From Candidatus Latescibacterota bacterium (GTDB lineage: Bacteria; Latescibacterota; UBA2968; UBA8231): DNA of 64,000 nt. Numbering within the stretch: position 1 is the first letter of the stretch; every line of letters begins with the position of its first letter. This document shows, piece by piece, positions 17,941 to 28,100 of this stretch. The translations under genes and the position numbers were made by a program. Below the pieces are notes generated by a model. The model was given only the letters and a program-made list of their open reading frames with translations. It did not search any database and was not told the DNA's origin. Location of the stretch: NCBI GenBank assembly GCA_965208105.1, contig OZ242318.1, forward strand, positions 3,808,001 to 3,872,000, in the 5' to 3' direction.

Positions 17941-19611
17941 ATGGGACCGTCCTGGTGTTGCGCCGCGCTGCTCCTGCTCCTTCTAACTGCCGACGGGCGC
18001 GGCCAGACCGGGACAGCGGTGGTCTTTCGCGACGTGGCGTCGGAGGCGGGCCTGGACCTGGTGACCTATTGCGGGAGCCTCGAGAAGAACCACATTCAGG
18101 AGGCCAGCGGGACGGGTGGGGCCTTCTTCGACTACGACGGTGACGGCTACCTGGACCTCTACATCGTCAATGCCTGGAGGATCGTGGACCGCAAGGTGGC
18201 TCGCAAGGGGTCCAATGCCCTCTATCGCAACCGCGGCGACGGGACCTTCGCGGACGTGACCGGGGAAGCCGGCGTGGGGGACATGGGATGGGGCGCAGGT
18301 GCATGCGTGGGGGACTTCGACAACGACGGGAACCCCGACCTCTACGTCACCAACGTGGGCCCAAACCGGCTCTACCGCAACAGGGGGGACGGAACTTTCG
18401 CCGATGTGACCGAGGCGGCGGGAGTGGGAGATCCGGGCACGGGAACGGGCGCGGCTTTTCTGGACTACGATGGCGACGGAGACCTGGACCTCTACGTGGC
18501 CAACTACGTGCGCAGCACCATGGAAGAGGTGCTGGGCGCGGAGCGCAGCAGGATGTGGAGAGGAGTGGGCAATGTCCTGTTCGGCCCGCGGGGACTGCAG
18601 GGGGACGCGGACGCCTTCTACCGCAACAACGGTGACGGCACCTTCACCGACGTCACCGCCGCCGCCGGTTTGTCGGCGAAAGTTCCTTTCTTCGGCTTCG
18701 GTGTCTGCGCCACCGACTACGACGGCGACGGCGACCCGGACATCTACGTGGCCAACGACACCAACCCGAATTTTCTCTACCGCAACAACGGGGACGGCAC
18801 CTTCAGGGAGGTGGGGGGCTCGATGAACGCCGCGCGCTCGAAGGGGGGAATGGCCCAGGCGGGTATGGGAGTGGACGCGGGCGATTTCGACAACGACGGC
18901 GATTTCGATCTCTTCGTCACCAATTTCTCCCAGGACTATTCCACTTTGTACCAAAACCAGGGACGGTACTTCGAAGACATCACTCCGAAGGCGGGATTGT
19001 GGAAGCCGACCTACATGTCCCTGAGTTGGGGCACGGCGTTCTTCGACTACGACAACGACGGAGCCCTGGACCTCTTCATCGCCAACGGCCACATCTATTC
19101 CCAGCTCGACGGTGTGGAGGACCATGCGGAGACCTACAGGCAGGCCAACCAGCTCTTCCACAACCAGGGAGGACGCTTCGTCGATGTATCGGACAAGGCC
19201 GGTCCGGGCATGTCCATTGTTCAGTCGAGCCGAGGCACCGTTTTCGGCGACTACGACAACGACGGGGACGTGGACGTGGCGGTGCTCAACATCGACGAAA
19301 GGCCCAACCTGCTGCGCAACGATGGGGGCAACTCGGGGCATTGGCTGCAGGTGAAGACGGTGGGAACCAGGAGCAACCGGATGGGAATCGGCGCCCGGGT
19401 CCGGGTCCGCTCCGATTCCCTTGTACAGGTCCGCGAGATCCGCTCCGGTTCGAGCTATCTGTCGCAAAACGATATGCGCGCCCACTTCGGCCTGGGAGAG
19501 CGGACCAGGGTGGACACGGTGGAGGTGCGCTGGCCGACGGGCACCGTAGACCTCCTGGTGAACGTAGCCGCGGACCGTCTGATCGTGGTCGAGGAAGGAC
19601 GCGGACGGTGA
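17941..19611 (+). CDS. CRTAC1 family protein (FG-GAP repeats + ASPIC/UnbV)
   Basis: GAGGGAG RBS before ATG 17941; signal peptide; DYDGDG repeats; AQAGMG; SSYLSQNDMRAHFGLG. Confidence 0.9.
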   Translation: MGPSWCCAALLLLLLTADGRGQTGTAVVFRDVASEAGLDLVTYCGSLEKNHIQEASGTGGAFFDYDGDGYLDLYIVNAWRIVDRKVARKGSNALYRNRGDGTFADVTGEAGVGDMGWGAGACVGDFDNDGNPDLYVTNVGPNRLYRNRGDGTFADVTEAAGVGDPGTGTGAAFLDYDGDGDLDLYVANYVRSTMEEVLGAERSRMWRGVGNVLFGPRGLQGDADAFYRNNGDGTFTDVTAAAGLSAKVPFFGFGVCATDYDGDGDPDIYVANDTNPNFLYRNNGDGTFREVGGSMNAARSKGGMAQAGMGVDAGDFDNDGDFDLFVTNFSQDYSTLYQNQGRYFEDITPKAGLWKPTYMSLSWGTAFFDYDNDGALDLFIANGHIYSQLDGVEDHAETYRQANQLFHNQGGRFVDVSDKAGPGMSIVQSSRGTVFGDYDNDGDVDVAVLNIDERPNLLRNDGGNSGHWLQVKTVGTRSNRMGIGARVRVRSDSLVQVREIRSGSSYLSQNDMRAHFGLGERTRVDTVEVRWPTGTVDLLVNVAADRLIVVEEGRGR

Positions 19612-21929
19612 GGTGCGGGGGCGGGAGGTTGCGCGCGGGAACGGCGGCGCTGCCCTTGCTGGCGCTCGCCGCGGTGTTTCAGTGCTATGGCTGTGGGCAG
19701 GACCAGGATCGACCCTCTCCGCAGGCGCTGCCGCAGCCGTCCGCAGCCGGGTCCCCCAGGACCCTGTCCAGTCACGACCGCATGCTTGCACTCCTGCGGG
19801 AGACCGCCGTTCTCACCTTGGGCGACCATCCGATCCTGGGCGACAAGTTGGCGCGGGAACTGCGCCCCCGGGTGGCCAGGGCGAGGTTCGATGGATCCTC
19901 TTCCCCGGCGGCGGAACAGGCCATCAAGCTGTACTCCCTGCTGGGGAAAGAGGAGTTGCGCCTGGGAAATATCGATCAGGCCATCGAGCACCTCTCCGCC
20001 GCCTACCGGGGCCGGAAGCTGTCGGGTCGGGAGGGAAGGGCCTCGCCGCAGGAGGTGGCCGAGGCAGCCTACAGCCTGGGCATCGCCTACATGCGCCTGG
20101 GCGAGACCCGGAACTGCTGCGTCCGCAACTCTCCGGAAAGCTGCCTGCTGCCCATCCGGGGCGGCGGCATCCATGCCCATCCTGAAGGTTCGCGGCAGGC
20201 CATAACCTATTTTGCCGAGGTGCTGGGCACGGTTCCGAGGAGCTCGGCTCTCTACATGAAGGCGGTCTGGCTCCTCAACATCATGTACATGACCGTCGGC
20301 GCCTATCCCGACCAGGTCCCGGCGCAATATCTCATCCCACCGCGGCTGTTCGAGTCGGAGGAGCCTTTTCCCAGGTTCGCCAATATAGCCCCCGGGCTTG
20401 GCCTGGACACCTTCGGCCTTCTCGGCAGCGCGGTCGCCGACGATTTCACCGGCGACGGCTATCTCGACATCGTCGTATCGACCTGGGATCCCCACGGCCA
20501 GATGCACTTCTTCCGCAACGACCGGGACGGCACCTTCTCGGACCGCACCGGGCAGGCCAACCTGACCGGCCTGGTCGGCGGTTTCAACATGGTGCAGGCC
20601 GACTACGACAACGATGGCGACCTGGATATTTTCGTTCTGCGCGGCGGTTGGATGCGCCAGGCCGGCCGCATTCCAAACTCACTTTTGCGCAACGCGGGAG
20701 ACGGAACCTTCACCGATGTCACCCTGGACGCCGGACTGGGCGAGGTCCACTATGCGACCCAGACGGGGGCATGGAGCGACTATGACAATGACGGCGACGT
20801 CGACCTCTACGTCGGCAACGAGCCTCTCGATTCTTCCCGGGACTCGCCCGGCCAACTGTTCCGCAACGAGGGAGACGGCACCTTCGTGGACGTGGCCCGG
20901 GAAGCCGGGGTGCTGAACTACGCCTATGCCAAGGCGGTGGGATGGGGGGACTACGACGACGATGGATTCCCCGACCTCTACGTTTCCAACTTCGGCTCCG
21001 CCAATCGACTCTACCGCAACGAGGGAGACGGCACCTTTGTCGACGTGGCCGCGGATGCGGGAGTCGGCGGCCCCGAGAGGAGCTTCCCCACCTGGTTCTG
21101 GGATTTCGACAACGACGGGATCCTGGATTTGTATGTGGGGGGTTACACGTGGGACAACGGCAGCCTGGCGGCAGTGGTGGTCAGCCGGCTGGGCATGCGG
21201 GTCGGCTACGAGGGCGCCCATCTCTACCGCGGAGATGGCGCCGGCGGTTTCGATGAGGTGGCTGCCGAGCACAACCTGGGGGTCCTGACTCTGCCCATGG
21301 CGGGCAACTTCGGCGACCTGGACAACGACGGCTATCTCGACTTCTACCTCGGCACCGGCTACCCGGACTACGAAGCGCTGATGCCCAATGTCATGTACCG
21401 CAACCGCCGCGGGACCGGGTTTGCGGACGTGACCAGCGCCGGCGGGTTCGGCCACCTGCAGAAAGGCCACGGCATCGCCTTCGCCGACCTGGACAACGAC
21501 GGCGATCAGGATGTCTTCGAGCAGATGGGCGGATTTTATCCCGGGGACCAATACTTCAACGTCGCCTTCGAGAACCCCGGCTTCGCCAACCACTGGATCG
21601 GAGTCGAGCTGGTCGGGGTGCGCTCCAACCGCGCGGCCATCGGGGCCCGCATCCGCGCCGAGGTGGTCGAGAACGGGCGGAGGCGATCGATCTACAAGCT
21701 CGTCAACAGCGGCGGCAGCTTCGGCGCCAATCCGCTGCGCCAGACCATCGGCCTGGGAGAGGCATCCAGCATCGAAGTCCTCGAGGTATTCTGGCCCGCG
21801 ACCGGCCAGCGCCAGACATTTCGCCAAATCGCCGCCGACCGCTACATCAGGATAACGGAGGGGGAGGAGCACTACACCACTCTGTCCCTCGAGAAATTGG
21901 ATATGGGCGCTCCATCCCCAGGTGGATGA
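19608..21929 (+). CDS. CRTAC1 family protein with N-terminal TPR-like region
   Basis: GTG start overlaps the upstream stop (GTGA); RLGETRNCC...SCLLPI motif; FG-GAP repeats; GHLQKGHG; VNSGGSFGANPLRQTIGLG. Confidence 0.88.
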   Translation: MRCGGGRLRAGTAALPLLALAAVFQCYGCGQDQDRPSPQALPQPSAAGSPRTLSSHDRMLALLRETAVLTLGDHPILGDKLARELRPRVARARFDGSSSPAAEQAIKLYSLLGKEELRLGNIDQAIEHLSAAYRGRKLSGREGRASPQEVAEAAYSLGIAYMRLGETRNCCVRNSPESCLLPIRGGGIHAHPEGSRQAITYFAEVLGTVPRSSALYMKAVWLLNIMYMTVGAYPDQVPAQYLIPPRLFESEEPFPRFANIAPGLGLDTFGLLGSAVADDFTGDGYLDIVVSTWDPHGQMHFFRNDRDGTFSDRTGQANLTGLVGGFNMVQADYDNDGDLDIFVLRGGWMRQAGRIPNSLLRNAGDGTFTDVTLDAGLGEVHYATQTGAWSDYDNDGDVDLYVGNEPLDSSRDSPGQLFRNEGDGTFVDVAREAGVLNYAYAKAVGWGDYDDDGFPDLYVSNFGSANRLYRNEGDGTFVDVAADAGVGGPERSFPTWFWDFDNDGILDLYVGGYTWDNGSLAAVVVSRLGMRVGYEGAHLYRGDGAGGFDEVAAEHNLGVLTLPMAGNFGDLDNDGYLDFYLGTGYPDYEALMPNVMYRNRRGTGFADVTSAGGFGHLQKGHGIAFADLDNDGDQDVFEQMGGFYPGDQYFNVAFENPGFANHWIGVELVGVRSNRAAIGARIRAEVVENGRRRSIYKLVNSGGSFGANPLRQTIGLGEASSIEVLEVFWPATGQRQTFRQIAADRYIRITEGEEHYTTLSLEKLDMGAPSPGG

Positions 21930-21941
21930 GCAGGGGTGCGA

Positions 21942-21970
21942 TTGATCGACACCCGCACTAGTGGTATATT
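21942..21970 (+). promoter_or_regulatory. Putative sigma70 promoter with extended -10
   Basis: TTGATC-17 nt-TATATT with TG at the extended -10 position, upstream of 22045. Confidence 0.5.
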
Positions 21971-22044
21971 GAGGGTCGGCAACGAGGATGGCAGCACGTC
22001 CCGTACCGGCACAAAGCGTGCGCGGCGAGAATGGAGCATAGCTC

Positions 22045-25008
22045 ATGAGCCGGAGATCACTCTACAGTACCTGGTTTCTGACCCTGACCTTGCCGGCCGC
22101 CATGGGGGCGGAGGAGCCGGTCCGCCTGGCCGTTCCCCAGATGGAGGACGACCGCCCTTTCCTGCGCCGCGAACGGCCTGCCTACCGCAATTTCGTCTAC
22201 AATCCCTTCACCCACTACGGCGACCATACCTGGGGCCAGCGCCGGGCTGGGATCGCGACCCGGCTGGACATGAGAGAGATCGAGCGCGCCCACGCCCTCT
22301 GGAGCCCCCTGGGGGACTACGTGGCCACGGGGTACGATCTCTACACCTGGACCGAACGACGCCAGCCCGAACAGCGCTGGGGCAGCGAGCTTTTCAAGGA
22401 CTGGGCAAGCTGGTCGCAGGAGTTCAACAGCCTGGCGGTGGGGCGCGACGGCTACGGAGATTGGGGCATCATCGCGGCGGTGGGGGATGGCCTGATCGCC
22501 CGCTTCACCCCCCTGACCCTGTCGATGACGGATTACAACGGCCTGCGGCTGGACCTTGCCCTGCCCAGCCTGAAGTTCACCGGCCTGGCGTCGCGCATTT
22601 CGCGTCCCAACCGGGAGTCCTACCTGAGTTCGGAGAATACTGCTGAATTCGCGATCGATCATGGCACCTTGCTTGCGGGAGGGAGGGTCCAGGCAGATAT
22701 CGGCGTCCTCACCCTGGGTCTGAACGGGGTGAACCTGCACTCCTACAACAGCACCCAGCCGGGCAACTCCTCCCGGGGGATGCTGCGCCTGGACCAGCCG
22801 GTCTACGAGTGGATCCTGGTGCGCTTCGGCGATGACGCGCCCCTGGACGGGCGGGCGGGGGCCGCGGTGAGGGAGGTGCGGCTCATCCTCAACGGCGAGC
22901 CCCGGCCCGATTTGCAGCCCCGGGTGGTGCGCCACCAGGACCGGGTCCCCTCACAGGTGGGACGCACCCTGTCATCGGGAGATTTCCTGCCCGTGTTCTA
23001 CAACAGCTACAGGGCGCCGCCGAACTATTACCGGGACCGCCGGATTCCCTACTACGGAGACTATCTCTATCTGATTGCTCACGCCGACGGCCAGGACGTG
23101 AGCGGGTCCACCCACCTGGAGGGGTTGCTTGCCAACTTCGCCCTGGTGGACCCGGAGGGGATCCTGCGCGCCGAAGACCGGGAGCAGCTTGTCTATCTCT
23201 TCGACCTGAGCGGCGAATCACTGATCGAATCGGTCGAGGTGGAGGCGGTCCTGAGCAACGACTACCGGGTGGATTGGGCGGGGCTCTTCCGCAGCCCGGA
23301 CGATCCCAAGGCGCAAAAATTGGAGGTGCGCTACGAAAGCACCTTCTGGCGGCCGGCGTTGCGCGCCCGGGGCAGCGTCGAGGACGGCTCGAACATGCGG
23401 CGGGTGCGCTTCGAGATCGGCGAGAATACGGCGATCTTCACCTACAGCGCGGACATGCAGCTGAACCTGCCGGGGCTGGAGGTGAGCGCGGAGTACGCGC
23501 GTTCCGCGCTCTACGGGCGCTTTCCCGCCCACGTGGAGGGGGCCCCCGCCTTCACTGCCAGTCCACGTTTTGCGCAAAGGGGTTCGGCCTACTTCATCAA
23601 CGCCCTCAAGGAGGTGGGAAGAGGGCGGGTGGGAGCCGAATTCTTCTCCATGAATCCGGACTTCAGGACCGAGATGGAGACCTACCTGCGCAAGGACTAC
23701 GGATATACCTCGAGCCGCGGCTACAGTCCATTCGCCGGACTGGCCAACGATACCATGGTCTGGCGCCTGGTGCAGGACAACGAGGACGGGGACCGCTGGC
23801 CCGACGTGATGCTGGGCAACATCCTCGGAACTCCGCAGACCTTCAACTACCGCACCCTGGATACAAGGGACGGGGACGGCACCCTGCTGGGGCAGGATGA
23901 GGACTACGACGGTATCGTGGATACGGACCGAAATTTCAACGGCATCCCCGACTACGACGAGACCTTCCTGATGTACTCGGTCGAGCCCAACGAATATGTC
24001 TACGGACTCGACCGCAACAACAACGACGAGCCCGACCAGCGCGAGGACGACTGGGAGGTGGACTACCCATACGACGCGGACCAGCGCGGCCTCCATCTCT
24101 TCGGCCAGGTGTCCCTGGGCAGGCACGTGTCCCTGGGGCTGGGGAGGTACGCGGTGGAGGAGCAGGCCGGCGGCGGACGCAACGAATCCACCTATGCCCT
24201 TCTGGGCTACCGCAGGGAAGGAGTAGGCAGCCTGCGCCGGCTCTTTTTCGAGAATCAGCTCCGCCGGGTGAAGGACGACATAGCCGATGAATTCAACCAG
24301 TTCAGCAGGGCGGTCCGGCTGCAGGAGGTGGATATACTCGACCGCCCCGGCAGGGGGGTGTTCCAGGACGTGGTGGGCAGGCTCGAGCGCCGCCCGGACA
24401 GGCTGTTCTACCAGGACAGCGTCGTGAACGAGACCTACCTGGAAGGCTCGTTTCGCCCCTGGTCGACCCTGAACATGGTGCACAAGGTGCGCCTGCGCCT
24501 GAACTGGCAGCAAGGAGGCCGGCTGTCCAACGGGCTCTTCCAGCGCCAGCGCCGGCTGGACTTCTGGGCTTGGAGCAGCCGCGCGGACTACACCTGGCAG
24601 TGGGGCAGACTGCGCGCGGAACCCCAGTTCAAGTTCCTCCACCTGCGCCTGACCGACCGGGAGGACCGGCAGGTTCTGCGCTCCGAGTACCGGGTGATCC
24701 CCATCCTCAAAGTCAGACTTGCGCTGATGAGCCGCACCGCCCTGCAGATGGGGGTGCAGGGCTGGGGACCGCTGCCCTACCGGCTCGCGGACCGCAACGA
24801 GCGGCGCAACAGTATCGAGCAGCGCACCGCGGTGATCACCCTTAACAACAACTCGCGCTACTTCGGCTACGACATGCACACCATCCTCGGGGTGCGGCGC
24901 GAGGAGCTGGACTGGGACGATCGCTTTCAGCGTTTCAGGAACTTCGACGGCTGGACGTTCTTCCTGCGCGCCCTGGTCGGCTTCACCGAGTTCGGCCGGT
25001 TTTTCTGA
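22045..25008 (+). CDS. Large exported protein, putative outer-membrane beta-barrel (paralog of 3642..6614)
   Basis: Signal peptide; shares long blocks with 3642..6614 (GSELFKDW, ARFTPLTLSM, DGIVDTDRNFNGIPDYDETFLMY, FQRFRNFDGWTFF). Confidence 0.65.
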   Translation: MSRRSLYSTWFLTLTLPAAMGAEEPVRLAVPQMEDDRPFLRRERPAYRNFVYNPFTHYGDHTWGQRRAGIATRLDMREIERAHALWSPLGDYVATGYDLYTWTERRQPEQRWGSELFKDWASWSQEFNSLAVGRDGYGDWGIIAAVGDGLIARFTPLTLSMTDYNGLRLDLALPSLKFTGLASRISRPNRESYLSSENTAEFAIDHGTLLAGGRVQADIGVLTLGLNGVNLHSYNSTQPGNSSRGMLRLDQPVYEWILVRFGDDAPLDGRAGAAVREVRLILNGEPRPDLQPRVVRHQDRVPSQVGRTLSSGDFLPVFYNSYRAPPNYYRDRRIPYYGDYLYLIAHADGQDVSGSTHLEGLLANFALVDPEGILRAEDREQLVYLFDLSGESLIESVEVEAVLSNDYRVDWAGLFRSPDDPKAQKLEVRYESTFWRPALRARGSVEDGSNMRRVRFEIGENTAIFTYSADMQLNLPGLEVSAEYARSALYGRFPAHVEGAPAFTASPRFAQRGSAYFINALKEVGRGRVGAEFFSMNPDFRTEMETYLRKDYGYTSSRGYSPFAGLANDTMVWRLVQDNEDGDRWPDVMLGNILGTPQTFNYRTLDTRDGDGTLLGQDEDYDGIVDTDRNFNGIPDYDETFLMYSVEPNEYVYGLDRNNNDEPDQREDDWEVDYPYDADQRGLHLFGQVSLGRHVSLGLGRYAVEEQAGGGRNESTYALLGYRREGVGSLRRLFFENQLRRVKDDIADEFNQFSRAVRLQEVDILDRPGRGVFQDVVGRLERRPDRLFYQDSVVNETYLEGSFRPWSTLNMVHKVRLRLNWQQGGRLSNGLFQRQRRLDFWAWSSRADYTWQWGRLRAEPQFKFLHLRLTDREDRQVLRSEYRVIPILKVRLALMSRTALQMGVQGWGPLPYRLADRNERRNSIEQRTAVITLNNNSRYFGYDMHTILGVRREELDWDDRFQRFRNFDGWTFFLRALVGFTEFGRFF

Positions 25009-25188
25009 TTGGCGCAGGTGGCGCGCATCCTGCACCAGGACCCGCCTGAGCGGAGGTTTCCTCCTCCGCTGCCGCGGACGGGGCCCTCGCCGGCCGGGCT
25101 TGCCCTCCCAGGCCGGAGCTGGCCACCTCGCCGGTCGGATGAATCGAATTCCCACCCTCAACCCATCCCACAGGAGTCTCCATACTTC

Positions 25189-28100
25189 ATGAAGAACGAC
25201 AACGGCGGCCAGGCGGTGCCGTCCAGAGACCTGCTGTTGCGCCAGTTCGGCAATCCTCCATCCGGGTTCGGCCCCATCGACTGCTGGTGGTGGGAAGGGG
25301 GCCGGCTGGACAAGGAGCAAATGCGCTGGCAGCTGGAGGACATGCGGGAGAAGGGCATATCCGGAACCTGGTACTACCCGCGCTTCGTCCACGGCCAGCC
25401 GCTCTCCTGCGATCCCGAGTACTGGACCGAGAAGTGGTGGGAGTTCACCCGTTTCGCCATCGAGGAGCACCGGCGCCTGGGGTTGATCTACTGGTTCAGC
25501 GACTGGACCTCGCACGAGTATTTCCAGGACGTGCTGCGGCAGGAGCGCGCCGGCAATCCTTCCCTGGGCGGCAGGCGGCTTGTTGTCCACGAGGAGGAAT
25601 CCGCGGGCCCGGGATTGATCGAGATGAAGATTCCGCCCGAGGAGGAGATCGCCGATGCCGCGGCCTACAGAAGGGCGGGTGAGGGCCTGGACTACGACTC
25701 GCGCCGGGAGCTGAAAAACGCCGTCGCCGACGGCCGCCTGGTGTGGGAAGCCCCCGGGGCCGGCTGGGTGGTGGCGGTGGTCAGCAGCCAGCCTTTCGAC
25801 CTGGACTACCTGAGCCGCGGAATGACCGGGAGGTGGATCGAGCTGGTGCTGGGTCCTTACGAGGAGCGCTTCGGGGAGTTCATGGGCAACACCATACAGT
25901 CCTTCGGCACGGATGAATGGAGGTTCATGAAGGGCAACATCCTCCATTCCAGCGACCTGATGCAGCGCTTCCGGGAGGAAAAGGGATACGATCCCGCGCC
26001 CTACCTGGTTGGTCTCTTCCGCGATATCGGCAGGTCCACCGACATGATCCGCTGCCAGTACTACGAAGTCATGTCCTCCCTGCTGGTGGAAAATCTCTAC
26101 AGGCCCTTTGCCTCCTGGCTCGAAGAACGGGGAATGATCTTCACCGAGTTCTGTCCGCGGGGGAAGTGGGAGAATATGCTGGAAGGGACCCACCACTACG
26201 GAGATTTCTTCCGCTACATGGGGACCTACCACATCCCGGGAAACGAAGAGCGCTGCCTCGACCTGGACCGGGTGCGGACATTTCAGGCGAAGATGGCCAG
26301 CTCCATCGCCCATCTCCACGGACGCAGCAGGGTGGGGGTGTGCGTCTACTGGGGGTCCGGGTGGGGTCACAATACCCAGGAGAATCTGGCCTGGACCCAC
26401 GAAAATTACGCCTACGGCGCCAACCTCTACAACCGCCACGGAGTGCTCTACACCACCCTGGGCGGATGGTTCGAGTGGGTGCCGCCGGCGGTGCACTTCC
26501 GCCAACCCTACTGGCGCTACTGGAGGCACTTCAGCGAATATCTCTCCCGGCTGAGCTACATCCTGAGCCAGGGAGTGCATCGCGCCGACGCGGCCTTCCT
26601 CTACCCGCAGGCAACCATTCACGCCAACTGGGAAGACAGGGAGGAGTTCAACGCCATCGCCCGGGAGGTCAACAAGACGACCTATGACCTGGGAAAGCGC
26701 ATCTACCGCAGCGGCATCGACTTCGATTTCATCGACGATTACGGCATGGAGCGCGCTGCCGTGGAGGGCGGGTTGCTGAAGGTGGCCGGCCTCGAGTTCC
26801 GCGCCGTGGTCATGCCGCCGCAGACGACCATGCGGCTGAGCACCCTGCGCAAGGTCAGGGAGTTCCGCGACGGCGGAGGCACCGTAGTTTCCTATGGCCG
26901 CCTGCCGGGGGCTTCGGCCGAGAACGGGCGGGACGACGCGCAGCTGCGCCGCCTGCTGCAGGAGATTTTCGGCGTCGACTCCAGCGCGGGAGTCGAGGAG
27001 GTGGTGCGCCATGGCAGGGCATCCTTCGTACCCGCCGGCCAGGCAAAGGTGGCGGAAATCCTCTCGGAGTCCATCGAGCGGGACGTGGTTGCCTCGGCGG
27101 GAGACGTCTATCACACCCACCAGCAGGTGGGCTCCACGGATGTCTACTTCCTCTTCAACAATCTGCAGGAAAAACGGCGGATCTCCTTCGACCTGCGGGT
27201 CGCCGGCGCTCCCGAGGTATGGGAGGCCTCCAGCGGAATTGCCCGGCCTCTGCACCGTTTCGAGGTCCGCGGCGGGCGCACCCGGGCGCAGCTGGACATG
27301 GAACCCTTCGAGGCGGTCGTGCTGGTCTTCGGCGGATCGAAGGGCGTTCCCCAGGTCGTGGAGGACGACCTGACCATCATTTCGAAGGTGAAGGCGGGCG
27401 CGGATGGCCTCGAGCTCGACGGATTCGATGCGGCGGGTGGCGAGAAGATGGTCCGGATTCTGCACGCCGGCCGAGAGTACGCTGCGGAGGGCCGGGTGGA
27501 TGCGCCGCCGCAACCACTTGCCCTTGACGGTGAGTGGGACTTCCGCCTCGAGCCCACCATGAACAATCAGTGGGGGGATTTTCGCCATCCTGCGGCGAAG
27601 GAGTACATCGGCGCCGAGGTGCGCCGACTGCGATATAGGGAGGCGGCCGGTGTGGACGGCGTGGAGGAGGGTTGGCACCTGCCCCACTGCGACGATTCGG
27701 AGTGGGAGCGGGTTACCTACTCACATGGCCCCTACTGGTGGACCATCGGACCTTTTGCTCCCGGCGAGGAACCCGCCGATTTGCTGCGCCGGGCGCGCAA
27801 CGGGGAGGTGGACAGCGCAGAGGCCTGCGAAGCGGGCGGAGCCACCTTGCGCTGGCGGCCCTACAGCTTTTCCCAGAAGCACGGGTACGAGTCGAGGGAA
27901 GGGACCAGTGCCATGCAGGTCGCGCTCAACATGAACGGCCTGACCGGCGTGCCGAAGGAGTTCCTCGTATTTCAGGCCGTCGATGCCGACCCGGAAACCG
28001 CCGCCGCCGATATCGAGGCGCCGCCCGCGGACGCGGCATCCAGGACGGAATCCGGGGGCCGGGAAGGGGAGGCGAAGGTTTACCAGCGCTACCTCTTCAC

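Noticed and set aside
18999-19607. ORF-track N-terminal extensions (18999, 25009, 29787, 30743, 3552, 377)
   Set aside because: They overlap upstream genes or lack an RBS; downstream starts have an RBS, gene-coupling overlap or signal peptide.
10977-21929. Recurrent GACTACGACAACGACGG-like repeats as a CRISPR array or DNA repeat
   Set aside because: They are degenerate in-frame FG-GAP coding repeats with irregular spacing, and there are no cas genes.
21956-21963. CACTAGTG as a MITE end-to-end junction
   Set aside because: The match is only 8 bp, the rest of the TIR is absent, and it falls in a putative promoter spacer.
23218-27687. 1489-aa minus-strand ORF and other long antisense ORFs (e.g. 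8793..10970, 17983..19791, 53242..55713, 55756..57435)
   Set aside because: They are shadows of well-supported genes on the opposite strand in high-GC DNA and show no recognisable motifs.
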